From contig JBMCTC010000003.1 of the NCBI GenBank assembly GCA_048624115.1, forward strand, positions 1-33,430: a DNA stretch of 33,430 nucleotides, written 5' to 3'. Both the position numbers and the translations under genes were made by a program. Shown piece by piece: positions 17,202-26,656 of this stretch (position 1 is the stretch's first letter; every line of letters begins with the position of its first letter). The stretch comes from Spirochaetota bacterium. GTDB lineage: Bacteria > Spirochaetota > Spirochaetia > DSM-27196 > SLST01. The notes below the pieces were generated by a model. The model was not told the DNA's origin. It ran no database searches and saw only the letters and a program-made list of their open reading frames with translations.

Positions 17202-17231
17202 TTGCAACTGACTCTGACCCCATGCTACGAT
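17202..17231 (+). promoter_or_regulatory. sigma70 promoter, leaderless, for the membrane-pair/J-protein operon
   Basis: TTGCAA(17202-17207)-18 nt-TACGAT(17226-17231, preceded by TG-C)-7 nt-GTG(17239). Confidence 0.55.
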
Positions 17232-17238
17232 CGAGCGG

Positions 17239-18204
17239 GTGAAAGCTGCGGTTCGCCTGCTTGTTAGATTTATACTCTGGTTTGGGCTGCTGTTGCTCGT
17301 GGTGAGCACGTTTGTTGTAGCGTACCAGTATGTCTCCGGCTACGATCCGCAGGCTGATGCATCGACTTTTCCTCTCTTAGCGCTCTACGTCAAGGCTGCA
17401 CTCGACGTGATCTTTCCTATCCTTACCTTCGCTGCCGTCACTTCCCTCTTTGATATCGTCCGCGAAGGCGACACGGTTGCCATTCCGCTCGCAGTGTTGT
17501 GCGTCGCATGGAGCGGCTTCCTGGTAGCCGGAGCCATCCTGCTATCGGAAGAGTCGCAGGAAGCGCCACGCATCGCACCTGCGCTCCCGATCGGCCGTAT
17601 CGTTCGTGGTCCGGATTTGTCGCTCTACGCTGAGCGACGGTCGGCAGACACCTACAGCCCAATGGTCATAAGCGAGCCCGGTCATTTCCGATGGGCAGAA
17701 CAAGGGCGGCTCGTCACGTCCGAGGAAGCCATTTCGCTTCCTGAACTCCAACGCTCGATATCCCTCGAAGCGCTATCGAACTCTTACCCCGCGATGGTGC
17801 GTGTCCCGGTTCCGCTTCGGCGCTTGACTACGGATATCGTTGCGGTAAACGCGTTCTTCCGTGGCAGGCCTGTCGGAGATCTTCCAGCGTCTGCCGCCGA
17901 ACGCGGCACCATCCGGCTGAATCTGGCCGGACTGTCAGTGTTTCTGCTCGGGCTTTGGACGCTCGCCCGACTCACTCGCTGGCCGCTTTTTAACATCGTG
18001 TTTGCGCTCGCTGCCTGGAGATTTGCTTTCTGGCTCATTCCGGCCGTCATGACCGGCCCGATCCGGCCCCTTGTGGTCGCGGCATTTGGCTCATCGGCGC
18101 TGGCTACCGTCTCTGCGCTCGTGCTCGGCGGGATTGGTGTCCTGCTATTCGCCGCCGGTGCGCTCTTGCCTCCGTTGCACACGTCTCAGGGAGCATCACG
18201 GTGA
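17239..18204 (+). CDS. Hypothetical membrane protein (3 TM + soluble domain + 3 TM)
   Basis: Hydrophobicity pattern; GTGA overlap with the next gene. Confidence 0.7.
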   Translation: MKAAVRLLVRFILWFGLLLLVVSTFVVAYQYVSGYDPQADASTFPLLALYVKAALDVIFPILTFAAVTSLFDIVREGDTVAIPLAVLCVAWSGFLVAGAILLSEESQEAPRIAPALPIGRIVRGPDLSLYAERRSADTYSPMVISEPGHFRWAEQGRLVTSEEAISLPELQRSISLEALSNSYPAMVRVPVPLRRLTTDIVAVNAFFRGRPVGDLPASAAERGTIRLNLAGLSVFLLGLWTLARLTRWPLFNIVFALAAWRFAFWLIPAVMTGPIRPLVVAAFGSSALATVSALVLGGIGVLLFAAGALLPPLHTSQGASR

Positions 18205-19889
18205 CGGACGCAGGACGCAAACTCGTTCTTTCCACTATCATCTGTTACGCCGTTGGCTTTGGCATCCTTCTTCTGTCTTCCATCTTCGCATTCAGCGAGA
18301 AAGAAACGCTCTCGGTTTTCCTGTGGGACTGGGTGTTCGCGAGAACCTGGGGTGAGCTCTTGCGACTCGCGCCAGTTGCGCAGGCATGGGCGGCGCTTTT
18401 GACGTTTGGATGGGTTTTGCCTATGCACCGTGCGGAGAGTGCGAGTATCGACTTTGCGCGTTTCAATCGCGCTCTTTTGACCCTGCTTGTTCTTAGTTTG
18501 ATCGCGAGTGCGACGTACCTGGTTGTGCATCCCCGTCTTGCAGCTCGCGTTCATACGCTCGAGTTCAGTTCACAGCTTGCGCGGTCCTTGCTCGAATCCG
18601 CCGAACGTCGGGAGGAGGAGGGCGATTATGTCCAGGCAGAGGCCGACCTCAACCAGTATCTGTTTATCGTCGGCGACGACCTCGAAGCCCAACAGCGACT
18701 CGAACGAGTACGGCAGGAAGCTGAGCTCGACCGAGCGTCTTCTGTCTCTTCTTCCGAAACCCAGCCTCGCCTGCCCGAGAACGCGACGGCCGCAGACCTC
18801 GTCGATCGCGCGACCGCCGCAGACAGCGAGGGGGACTACTCGTCTGCCCATTACTTCGCGGTGCTCGCCCTTGCAATCGACGAGGACAACTCGGCTGCGG
18901 CTCGTCTTGCTTCCGAGGCCTTGAGCAAGCTCGCCTCACTTGCTCCGGACGAGGAGGAGGTCGAGGCTGCGGCGCTCTTTCGACGCAAACAGGCCGCCAA
19001 GGCACTCATCACGCGACGCGAGTACATCGAAGCGTTCTACCAGCTGCGCGAGCTCGATCGCGAATACCCCCGAGACCCCGATATCGACCGCTACCTCGAG
19101 ATCGCGCTCGAGCAGGTCCGCGCGCTCGCGGTGCTTATCGATGAGGTGGAGGAAGCGCTCGCGCTTCCGGGCGTTTTTGACGTGGTCTTTGTCAACCGGC
19201 GTACCGATACCCGGACGGAGCTGGTCGCGTTGGGGAAGCTCGTCCAGGCGCCAACCGGCATCTACGCGCAAGAGGTGGACGTCATCGAGTTCACCCACGA
19301 CGGCCGGATCACCTACCGTCTCGAGAGTAACTACGCGAAGGTCGTAGAGGGGCATCTTGCGCTTACCGTCGTGAATGCGTCGGGGCAACCCGATGAGCCT
19401 CTCGTTGCTACCGGCCGCGAGACGAGGGATAACATAGGCCTCCTATCGCTTGAGCCAACACCGGAGCAGTTGCTCTTTATCGGCCAGGTGTTCCAGCACC
19501 CTTCGACGGCTTCGATCGGAGTACTCACCCGTAGCTTTGCCCCGCTCGAGCGTTTTGGTCTCATCGTGGAGCCCCTTCGGATCGAGCTGTTGCTTCGCCT
19601 ATCGTTTCCTTTCGCGTTCATGGCGTTTGCGCTGGTTGCCGTTGGTTTTGGCTGGAGGTTCCGCAGCCGGTATCTCCACCTCCCTCCGGTGCCCACGCTT
19701 CTGATCATTCCAGTAATCCCGCTCTTGTTGCTGCCGCTCTACGCGATTTTCGCCTTTGGACAACGCCTTTTGGTTGCAGCGTCGTTGCTGCTCGGTGGTT
19801 TTCTCTTTTCGGTAGTTGTCTTGATTATTGCTGAGGCAATTCTCATGTTGCTCGCCCTCTTCTACGTCGCCTTGGCATCGAGAAAATGA
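18201..19889 (+). CDS. Hypothetical membrane protein (3 TM + TPR-like/beta soluble domain + 3 TM)
   Basis: TPR-like helices (EGDYVQAEADLNQYL, EGDYSSAHYFAVLALAID, REYIEAFYQL); terminal TM blocks; ATGA overlap with the next gene. Confidence 0.75.
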   Translation: MTDAGRKLVLSTIICYAVGFGILLLSSIFAFSEKETLSVFLWDWVFARTWGELLRLAPVAQAWAALLTFGWVLPMHRAESASIDFARFNRALLTLLVLSLIASATYLVVHPRLAARVHTLEFSSQLARSLLESAERREEEGDYVQAEADLNQYLFIVGDDLEAQQRLERVRQEAELDRASSVSSSETQPRLPENATAADLVDRATAADSEGDYSSAHYFAVLALAIDEDNSAAARLASEALSKLASLAPDEEEVEAAALFRRKQAAKALITRREYIEAFYQLRELDREYPRDPDIDRYLEIALEQVRALAVLIDEVEEALALPGVFDVVFVNRRTDTRTELVALGKLVQAPTGIYAQEVDVIEFTHDGRITYRLESNYAKVVEGHLALTVVNASGQPDEPLVATGRETRDNIGLLSLEPTPEQLLFIGQVFQHPSTASIGVLTRSFAPLERFGLIVEPLRIELLLRLSFPFAFMAFALVAVGFGWRFRSRYLHLPPVPTLLIIPVIPLLLLPLYAIFAFGQRLLVAASLLLGGFLFSVVVLIIAEAILMLLALFYVALASRK

Positions 19890-20629
19890 GGACCTTTTGG
19901 GCAACACTCTGCGGCTCCCTCGTGGGTCTTCTCGGAGGCGTGTGGGGTGTGCTGATTGGCGCGGGAATCGGATTTCTCGCCGATCTCGTCTTGGTCGATC
20001 TTCGCATAGCGCGGGCCTGTGAACGGTACCTGCGAACCGGAACTGCCCCGCCGTGGTTGCGCAACGAGTTCCCGATTGCCGGCGCCGTGGCCAGGGTGGC
20101 TGTCGGACCGAACCTGGTCGCAGAGCGTCAGGCGCTTCTGACTCTCCTGCAGGTCACGCAGGGAGAACCCAGCGGGCGTCCTTCGCGAGTCGCCGAGCGG
20201 ATGCTCGCCTCTGGCGCGAGTATCTCACTATCACGCGAGGAGATCGTCGCGAGGTTGGGTGAGGCGCGCGTCGAGCAGCGGGAGGGAGCGCTCAAGCACG
20301 TCTGGGATTTTCTCGAGGAAACCGAAGCACCTCGAGATGCGTACCTCCGCCTTAGGCAACTCGCCTCACAGCTCGAGGTAGCCTCGGCGTTTGTTCGCAA
20401 CGAGCTCCAGGTTCCATCGCGACTCTCCCTCGCAGACTGCAAGCTGCTCGGCGTGCCGCGTGATGCCACACTCCACGACGTGCGTTCGGCATATCGTGCT
20501 CTTGCTACGCAGTTCCACCCCGACGCGACCGGTGGCTTGCTCGAGGAGGAGCGCAAGAGTTCGGAGCAGGCGTTCATTCGCATCCAGATCGCGTACGAGC
20601 GCTTGACTAAGGAACTGGAGTCGAAGTAG
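19886..20629 (+). CDS. Membrane-anchored J-domain protein (DjlA-like)
   Basis: Gly-rich N-terminal TM (GSLVGLLGGVWGVLIGAGIG); C-terminal J domain LLGV...VRSAYRALATQFHPD...FIRIQIAYERL. Confidence 0.85.
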   Translation: MRTFWATLCGSLVGLLGGVWGVLIGAGIGFLADLVLVDLRIARACERYLRTGTAPPWLRNEFPIAGAVARVAVGPNLVAERQALLTLLQVTQGEPSGRPSRVAERMLASGASISLSREEIVARLGEARVEQREGALKHVWDFLEETEAPRDAYLRLRQLASQLEVASAFVRNELQVPSRLSLADCKLLGVPRDATLHDVRSAYRALATQFHPDATGGLLEEERKSSEQAFIRIQIAYERLTKELESK

Positions 20630-20633
20630 CCCG

Positions 20634-21917
20634 TCAGTCGTTCTGTCGTTCGATCCGAGCTCCGAGGCTTTGAAGGCGTTCGGCGAGGCGCTCATATCCG
20701 CGCTCGATTTGGTACACGTTGTGGATAATGCTCTTTCCCTCTGCGCATATTGCTGCAATGACCATGGCCATTCCCGCTCTCACATCGGGCGACGTGAGCT
20801 CGCTTCCGGTGAGCCGAGATGGACCGCTCACGACTGCGCGGTGGGGGTCGCAGAGCACGATCTTTGCCCCCATCGCGATCAGCTTGTCTACAAAGAACAT
20901 TCGGGCGTCGAACATCTTCTCGTGAACCAAAACCGTACCCTCAACCTGAGTGGCAACGACGGTCATGATGCTTGTGAGATCAGGCGGAAAACCCGGCCAC
21001 GGAGCGTCGTCGATCTTCGGGATCATGCCACCGAGGTCCGGAATGACGCGGAGTGCCTGACCGCTCGGAATCCGGATGTCTTCTCCGTCCCGCTCCCAGT
21101 GAATTCCCAGCTTTCCGAACGCAATCTTTGCCATCTTCAGGTGCGCCGGGGCTGCGTCCTCGATAATCACCTCACCACGAGTAACCGCGGCCAGTCCGAC
21201 AAAGCTTCCGACTTCCATGAAGTCGGCGCCAATCTTGAACTCCGTGCCGCCGAGCTTTTGAACGCCCTCAATGCGAAGAATGTTGGATCCAATGCCGTTG
21301 ATTTTCGCGCCCATCTGGTTGAGCATGACGCACAGATCTTGGACATGAGGCTCGCTTGCTGCGTTTTGGATGATCGTCTTGCCATCGGCGAGAACCGACG
21401 CCATGATCGCGTTTTCGGTGGCCGTGACCGACGCCTCGTCAAGGAATATGTCGATGCCGACGAGCTTGTTGCAGGTGAACCGAAAGACGCCGTCAACTTC
21501 GACCTGCGCCCCCAAGGCACTCAGCGCGAGAAAGTGTGTGTCCAAGCGGCGGCGTCCGATGACATCTCCTCCCGGAGGGGCCAAAATCACCTGGCCTGTC
21601 CTCGCAAGAAGCGGGCCCGCCAGTAGAATCGATGCGCGTATTCTCTTCGCGAGGTCGAAGGGCACCTCCGAACTCTTGATGTCGGTTGCTTTTATCTCCC
21701 ACTCGCCGCGGATTTTGCGCTTCTTGACGCTCGCGCCCATCTTCTTGAGGATCTCGAGCATTACGCCGACATCCTCTATTTCTGGAATATTCTTGAGAAC
21801 GACCGTCTCGTCGGTGAGAAGTGTTGCCGCTATGCAGGGAAGGGCCGCGTTCTTGTTTCCGCTTGCCCGAACCCGGCCCTGAATCGGATAGCTTCCGTCA
21901 ATGATGTAACGATCCAC
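20634..21917 (-). CDS. murA: UDP-N-acetylglucosamine 1-carboxyvinyltransferase
   Basis: [57 protein letters not shown]; GTG start. Confidence 0.97.
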   Translation of the reverse strand: MDRYIIDGSYPIQGRVRASGNKNAALPCIAATLLTDETVVLKNIPEIEDVGVMLEILKKMGASVKKRKIRGEWEIKATDIKSSEVPFDLAKRIRASILLAGPLLARTGQVILAPPGGDVIGRRRLDTHFLALSALGAQVEVDGVFRFTCNKLVGIDIFLDEASVTATENAIMASVLADGKTIIQNAASEPHVQDLCVMLNQMGAKINGIGSNILRIEGVQKLGGTEFKIGADFMEVGSFVGLAAVTRGEVIIEDAAPAHLKMAKIAFGKLGIHWERDGEDIRIPSGQALRVIPDLGGMIPKIDDAPWPGFPPDLTSIMTVVATQVEGTVLVHEKMFDARMFFVDKLIAMGAKIVLCDPHRAVVSGPSRLTGSELTSPDVRAGMAMVIAAICAEGKSIIHNVYQIERGYERLAERLQSLGARIERQND

Positions 21918-21926
21918 TACGCGAGA

Positions 21927-23096
21927 CTACTGTTGGCTCTCCCCCTCTGTCAAGAAAGCGAACGGCTCGCCGGAAAAGGGATTCTGAGCGAGCCGAAGCG
22001 ATGCCTCGTAGATTCTGAGCATGCCGCCGCAGCACATAACACGGAAGGAAATGCGAATGGTCTCTCCGAGCAATGGCTCGGGAAAGGGATTCTCCGTGAA
22101 TGGGGTGAACACGACCTCGCTCACTTCGGTCGGAAGTATCCCATGTTCTGGATCGCCCGCTGGTCGCTCCTCTTCGCTGCGGGTATCGGTTTCCTCGACA
22201 AGCAAAAACGTCGCGTTTAGCAGGTCTGTTACGAGGTCTCCGGACGACTCCGCTCTCGCGACGCCGGCCGGAGGAATCGCAATTCTCGAAGCAAGTTGGT
22301 TCCACTGCTCGGCTTGGATCTCGGCAGCGGCACCCTCGAGAAACGTTACCAATGTCCGGACGAGCGAAAAGCCGCCGGTCCGAACCATCGCGCCCCGCCG
22401 ATGTTCGAAGAGTTCCACGAAGGTCTCATAGCCGCGGCCGGCCTCAGGGAGTCGTCTGGCCACGACAGCTTCGAGCGCGCCGTCGTTGTCAATGTCGGTA
22501 AGGGAGCCCTGTTCCGAGGCGCTCTGAATCATATTGAAGCGTGAGGCACGACCACCTTCGCCATAGAGAACGAGCTGTTGACTTGTGCCCTGCTGACTGC
22601 GAAACCCAACCTGCACAGCCGGAGTGCCACCTCCGAGGTCAATAACCTCGATGCCCATGACAGCCGTTTGACGGCCCAGCTCAACCGTTAGGATCCCGTC
22701 ATTGCCCTGGTAGAGCGTCTCTACCAGGAACAGCGCTCGAATCGTCGCCGGATCGTACAGACGTTCTCTGCTCCCGAGTTGCTCGAGCGAGGGTATGATT
22801 CGCGAGTCAGCCGCCATGGTCAGCACTGCAACATCAAGCCGACCGTCGCGATCGAAGTCTTCGAAAACCGAGAGCGCATTACCTCCCGCGTCGGTGACGG
22901 GAATCGTGTACTCGGGCGAGAGAAAGAGCGCGTCGCGAAGAAGTCGGTTCTCGAGCGCAGTGGAAGCGGTTTGGCCGGGTGCCGGCATCGTGGCAAGCGC
23001 AATCACGATGAACACAAGGGCAATCGGCGCCGTGCGCATCCAGCGGCGTTTTAGGGAGGAAACTCTTGGCTTTGTCGGCCGCCTACGGTTGTTCAT
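21927..23096 (-). CDS. Hypothetical exported/membrane-anchored protein with Dx[DN]xDG (FG-GAP/VCBS-like) Ca-binding motifs
   Basis: Basic N-terminus plus hydrophobic segment; DFDRDGRLD and DIDNDGALE. Start is uncertain (23114, 23096 or later). Confidence 0.65.
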   Translation of the reverse strand: MNNRRRPTKPRVSSLKRRWMRTAPIALVFIVIALATMPAPGQTASTALENRLLRDALFLSPEYTIPVTDAGGNALSVFEDFDRDGRLDVAVLTMAADSRIIPSLEQLGSRERLYDPATIRALFLVETLYQGNDGILTVELGRQTAVMGIEVIDLGGGTPAVQVGFRSQQGTSQQLVLYGEGGRASRFNMIQSASEQGSLTDIDNDGALEAVVARRLPEAGRGYETFVELFEHRRGAMVRTGGFSLVRTLVTFLEGAAAEIQAEQWNQLASRIAIPPAGVARAESSGDLVTDLLNATFLLVEETDTRSEEERPAGDPEHGILPTEVSEVVFTPFTENPFPEPLLGETIRISFRVMCCGGMLRIYEASLRLAQNPFSGEPFAFLTEGESQQ

Positions 23097-23170
23097 CGCT
23101 CTGGGTTTTATCATACTCTGAAGCGCTCGCGACGCCTACGGCGGGCGTAAGAAGTTTTTTGGGAGTGTTC

Positions 23171-24553
23171 ATGAAGGTCATGAAGTTCGGAGGTAGCTCG
23201 GTCGCCGACGCGAGCCGGATCCGTGACGTAATCGAAATCATCGCATCGCATCACGCTCGTGAACGGGTGTGCGCAGTTTTTTCCGCCATGAAAGGGGTTA
23301 CCGATCAGCTGATCGATGCGGCGGCGCAAGCGTCTGGTGGCGTGAGCCAGTATCGTCTCCTCGTCGATCAGATTCGCGATCGATACCTCGCGGCTGCAGA
23401 GATCCTCTGTGCTCCCGATCCAACCGATACCGTCGCCGAAATCAAGAGCCTCGGCGATCAGCTTGCATCGCTGCTCCGCGGCGTCGAGCTCGTCCGCGAG
23501 TGTTCGGGCCGCACGCTCGATCTTGTCCTCGGATTTGGCGAGCGGATGAACTGCACGCTTATTGCCGCGGCAATGAAGGTGCGAGATCTGCCGGCCCGCT
23601 ACGTGGACGCCCGCGAGATGATCGTGACGGATGCCTCTCACGGTCACGCGATAGTGGATCAGGAGGCGAGCGCGGCACGAATAAAGAACGTGCTGTCCGG
23701 TGACGATTTGCCGGTCGTGACGGGCTTCATCGCCGCGACCCAAGATGGCGTTAGCACGACGCTCGGGCGAAACGGCAGCGACTACACCGCGTCGATCGTT
23801 GGTGCCGGCGCTGACGCGTCTGCAATCGAGATCTGGACCGACGTGGATGGTGTATATAGCGCCGATCCTCGTTATGTTCAGGATGCGTTTGTTCTCCCGC
23901 AAATCAGCTACAAAGAGGCAATGGAACTCTCCTACTTCGGCGCGAAGGTAATTCATCCCTCGACAATGGTTCCCGCCGTCCATGCCGAAACGCAAATTTG
24001 GATCAAGAACACGCTCAACCCGACGGCCCCGGGCACCAGAATCACCGCCGAGAGTAGCGGTGCGAAGGAGATCACCGGCTTGGCATCGGTAGAAGATGTT
24101 GCGCTCGTCAATGTTGAGGGAGGGGGCATGGTCGGACTGCCGGGTGTTGCCGGTCGCCTCTTTTCTACGCTTGCCGCGGCACGCATCAACATCATCATGA
24201 TCTCTCAGGCCTCGTCGGAACATAGCATTTGCTTTATCGTGAGCGAGCGTGACGTAGAGCGAGCGACCTCGGCGCTCGAGATGGAGTTCCAACATGAGTT
24301 GCACTACGGATCGCTCGAGCGCGTGAACGCTGAACGCGGGCTCGAGATTGTCGCCGTTATTGGTGAACGCATGCGAGGAAAGGCCGGGATCTCCGGAAAG
24401 CTCTTCCACGCGCTCGGAGAGGCTCAAATCAACGTGCTCGCGATCGCGCAGGGCTCTTCGGAGATGAACATCTCCTTTGTTGTGTATAATCGGGAGCGCG
24501 AGCACGCTCTGAACGCCGTCCATAGCGCGTTCTTCGCAGGAGGCAGCGAGTGA
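23171..24553 (+). CDS. lysC: Aspartate kinase (monofunctional; AK + two ACT domains)
   Basis: MKFGGSSV, VFSAM, GFGER, TTLGRNGSDYTA, WTDVDGVYSADPR, ELSYFGAKVIHP; ACT motifs SQASSEHS and AQGSSEMN. ATG 23171 lies behind GGGAG. Confidence 0.93.
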   Translation: MKVMKFGGSSVADASRIRDVIEIIASHHARERVCAVFSAMKGVTDQLIDAAAQASGGVSQYRLLVDQIRDRYLAAAEILCAPDPTDTVAEIKSLGDQLASLLRGVELVRECSGRTLDLVLGFGERMNCTLIAAAMKVRDLPARYVDAREMIVTDASHGHAIVDQEASAARIKNVLSGDDLPVVTGFIAATQDGVSTTLGRNGSDYTASIVGAGADASAIEIWTDVDGVYSADPRYVQDAFVLPQISYKEAMELSYFGAKVIHPSTMVPAVHAETQIWIKNTLNPTAPGTRITAESSGAKEITGLASVEDVALVNVEGGGMVGLPGVAGRLFSTLAAARINIIMISQASSEHSICFIVSERDVERATSALEMEFQHELHYGSLERVNAERGLEIVAVIGERMRGKAGISGKLFHALGEAQINVLAIAQGSSEMNISFVVYNREREHALNAVHSAFFAGGSE

Positions 24554-25872
24554 GATTCTATAGTACTCGCGACAAGCTACTGACCGTTGACTTCAAAGAG
24601 GCGATCTTCACCGGCCTTGCACCGGATGGTGGACTCTACCATCCGAGCGCCGAGCCTGACCTAAAGCGCCTCTTTCTCTCGCTTGACCCGGAGATCCCCT
24701 TTCCTGAACTCGCGAGTCAGGTCGTAGCTGAACTGCTGCCCGAGACGTTCTCGCCTGCTGCGGCGCGTCGCGTCTGTGAACGGGCATTCTCGTTTGCACC
24801 AGCTGTACGCGAGATCAGTTCGAATCTTTCGCTCCTCGAACTCTTTCACGGACCTTCCTGCGCGTTCAAGGACTTTGGGGCAGGTTTCCTCGCGTCTGCA
24901 ATGCAGGAACTATTGGAGGTCGGCGGCCCTCCTGCGGTGATCCTGACGGCCACATCGGGAGACACGGGTAGCGCAGTTGCAAAGGCGTTCCACAAGACAC
25001 CCAACGTCGAGGTTGTGATTCTCTACCCCTCGGGCCGCGTGAGTCCTCTGCAGGAGCAGCAGCTGACCACCGTTGGCGACAACGTCACGGCGCTCGAGAT
25101 CGACGGGTCGTTCGATGATTGTCAGCGTCTCGTGAAGCAGGCATTTGTAGATCCGGATCTGCGTCGTCGTGCCCACCTGACCTCGGCTAACTCGATCAAT
25201 CTGGGTCGATTACTGCCGCAGGCGTTGTACTACGTCGATGGGTTCGTCCGTTTGCGATCGCGACTCGCGAGCGAGATTGTCTTTTGCGTGCCGAGCGGCA
25301 ACTTTGGCAATCTCACCGCGGGTGTGCTCGCGTGGCGGTGGGGGCTCCCCGTATCCGGCTTTATTGCCGCGACTAATGCAAACGATGTCGTGCCTGAATA
25401 CCTCATGACTGGAGTCTTCGAACCCCGACCGAGTTTGCAGACCCTTGCCAACGCGATGGATGTGGGCAACCCGAGCAACTTCGAAAGACTGCTCCAGGTC
25501 TTTGGCTCCGACTATCAAGTCATGCGCGCAATGGTCTCCGGCGTGTCTGCCGCGGACGACGAAATCCTCGACGCCATGACTCGGTACTACAAGAGCCACA
25601 CCCTTTTCCTCGATCCCCATACCGCCGCCGGCGTCGTGGCCGCCGAGCGCTTCACCCGGGTCGACGGCGAGTCGGATGCGATGGTCGTGACGCTTGCCAC
25701 CGCTCATCCGGCAAAATTCCGGGAGAGCGTTCGTCGAGCGACCGGCGAAGTGCCGGCGCTTCCGAAGCAGCTCGAAGAGGCTATGCACAAGAAGAAGCAC
25801 TCCGTACCAATGGCCGCGTCACTCGACGCACTTCGCACCTATCTGTTGGATAACTATGAAGCTCACCGTTGA
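24550..25872 (+). CDS. thrC: Threonine synthase
   Basis: GLAPDGGLY, ELFHGPSCAFKDFG (PLP lysine), ATSGDTG, SANSINLGR, VPSGNFGN, DPHTA, TAHPAKF. Confidence 0.96.
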   Translation: MRFYSTRDKLLTVDFKEAIFTGLAPDGGLYHPSAEPDLKRLFLSLDPEIPFPELASQVVAELLPETFSPAAARRVCERAFSFAPAVREISSNLSLLELFHGPSCAFKDFGAGFLASAMQELLEVGGPPAVILTATSGDTGSAVAKAFHKTPNVEVVILYPSGRVSPLQEQQLTTVGDNVTALEIDGSFDDCQRLVKQAFVDPDLRRRAHLTSANSINLGRLLPQALYYVDGFVRLRSRLASEIVFCVPSGNFGNLTAGVLAWRWGLPVSGFIAATNANDVVPEYLMTGVFEPRPSLQTLANAMDVGNPSNFERLLQVFGSDYQVMRAMVSGVSAADDEILDAMTRYYKSHTLFLDPHTAAGVVAAERFTRVDGESDAMVVTLATAHPAKFRESVRRATGEVPALPKQLEEAMHKKKHSVPMAASLDALRTYLLDNYEAHR

Positions 25873-26635
25873 CGCCGGGAACAGCAACATCGCAATTGGC
25901 CTATTCGACGGGAATGCAATTGCCTATCACTGGCGACTCTCGAGCGCCGCGCACTGGACCGCAGACGAGTTTCTACTCCACCTCGACTCATTGTTACGAG
26001 TCGATGACATTCGCGCTTCCGACGTGAGCACCGCCGTGGTCTCGTGCGTTGTTCCCGGGCTCCTGCATCCCGTTTCGTCGGGCATCGAGAAGCTCCTCGG
26101 GTTTGAACCGGTAATCGTGTCGGTGAACTTGCAACTCTCGGTGCGCGTTGGTACGGAAAACCCGCAGGAGCTCGGTAGCGATCTCTTGGCAAATGCCGTA
26201 GCCGGCCACCGGCTCGCGAAGGGTGCCGCCATTGTTGTGGATTTTGGAACTGCCCTGACCTTTACTGCGGTAGACCGCGAGGGAACCATCCGTGGCGCCA
26301 CAATTGCCCCGGGTGTTCGCACCGGCTTGCACGGGCTAGTCACGCGGACGGCCGCGCTGCCCGTCGTTGACCTCTCGCCGCCTGCAGATCGCTACATCGG
26401 GACCAACACCACAAGCGCCATTCGCTGCGGGATCCTCAACGGCTACGCCGGGCTTGTGGACCACGTCGTTGCTGGGATGGTGTTGGAGTTACAAGCCGGC
26501 GGCGCGCCATCGGTGATGGTCATTGCCACCGGCGGCGAGGCATCGCTCGTTGCTCCGGCGTGCACACGGGTCGCGCGCATCGAGCCGTGGCTGACACTCG
26601 AGGGACTGGCGCACATCGGGGAACTCAATCAGTAG
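25856..26635 (+). CDS. coaX: Type III pantothenate kinase
   Basis: VDAGNSN, SCVVP, LGSDL, VDFGTALT, IAPG, GTNT, ATGG, LTLEGL; ATG 25856. Confidence 0.93.
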   Translation: MKLTVDAGNSNIAIGLFDGNAIAYHWRLSSAAHWTADEFLLHLDSLLRVDDIRASDVSTAVVSCVVPGLLHPVSSGIEKLLGFEPVIVSVNLQLSVRVGTENPQELGSDLLANAVAGHRLAKGAAIVVDFGTALTFTAVDREGTIRGATIAPGVRTGLHGLVTRTAALPVVDLSPPADRYIGTNTTSAIRCGILNGYAGLVDHVVAGMVLELQAGGAPSVMVIATGGEASLVAPACTRVARIEPWLTLEGLAHIGELNQ

Positions 26636-26656
26636 CGTGCGCGGCTATACGTTTTG

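Noticed and set aside
20720-20728. Perfect DnaA box TGTGGATAA inside murA (and TTGTCCACA at 16555-16563)
   Set aside because: Isolated and explained by coding sequence (IIHN in MurA); no clustering.
20670-21626. 318-aa ORF antisense to murA (likewise 151..993, 13035..13643, 13959..14792, 28872..29960, 29714..30751)
   Set aside because: Antisense shadows of conserved genes, with no recognisable family motifs.
23111-24523. 470-aa ORF antisense to aspartate kinase
   Set aside because: Shadow ORF caused by GC-rich codon bias; it has no motifs and fully overlaps a well-supported gene.
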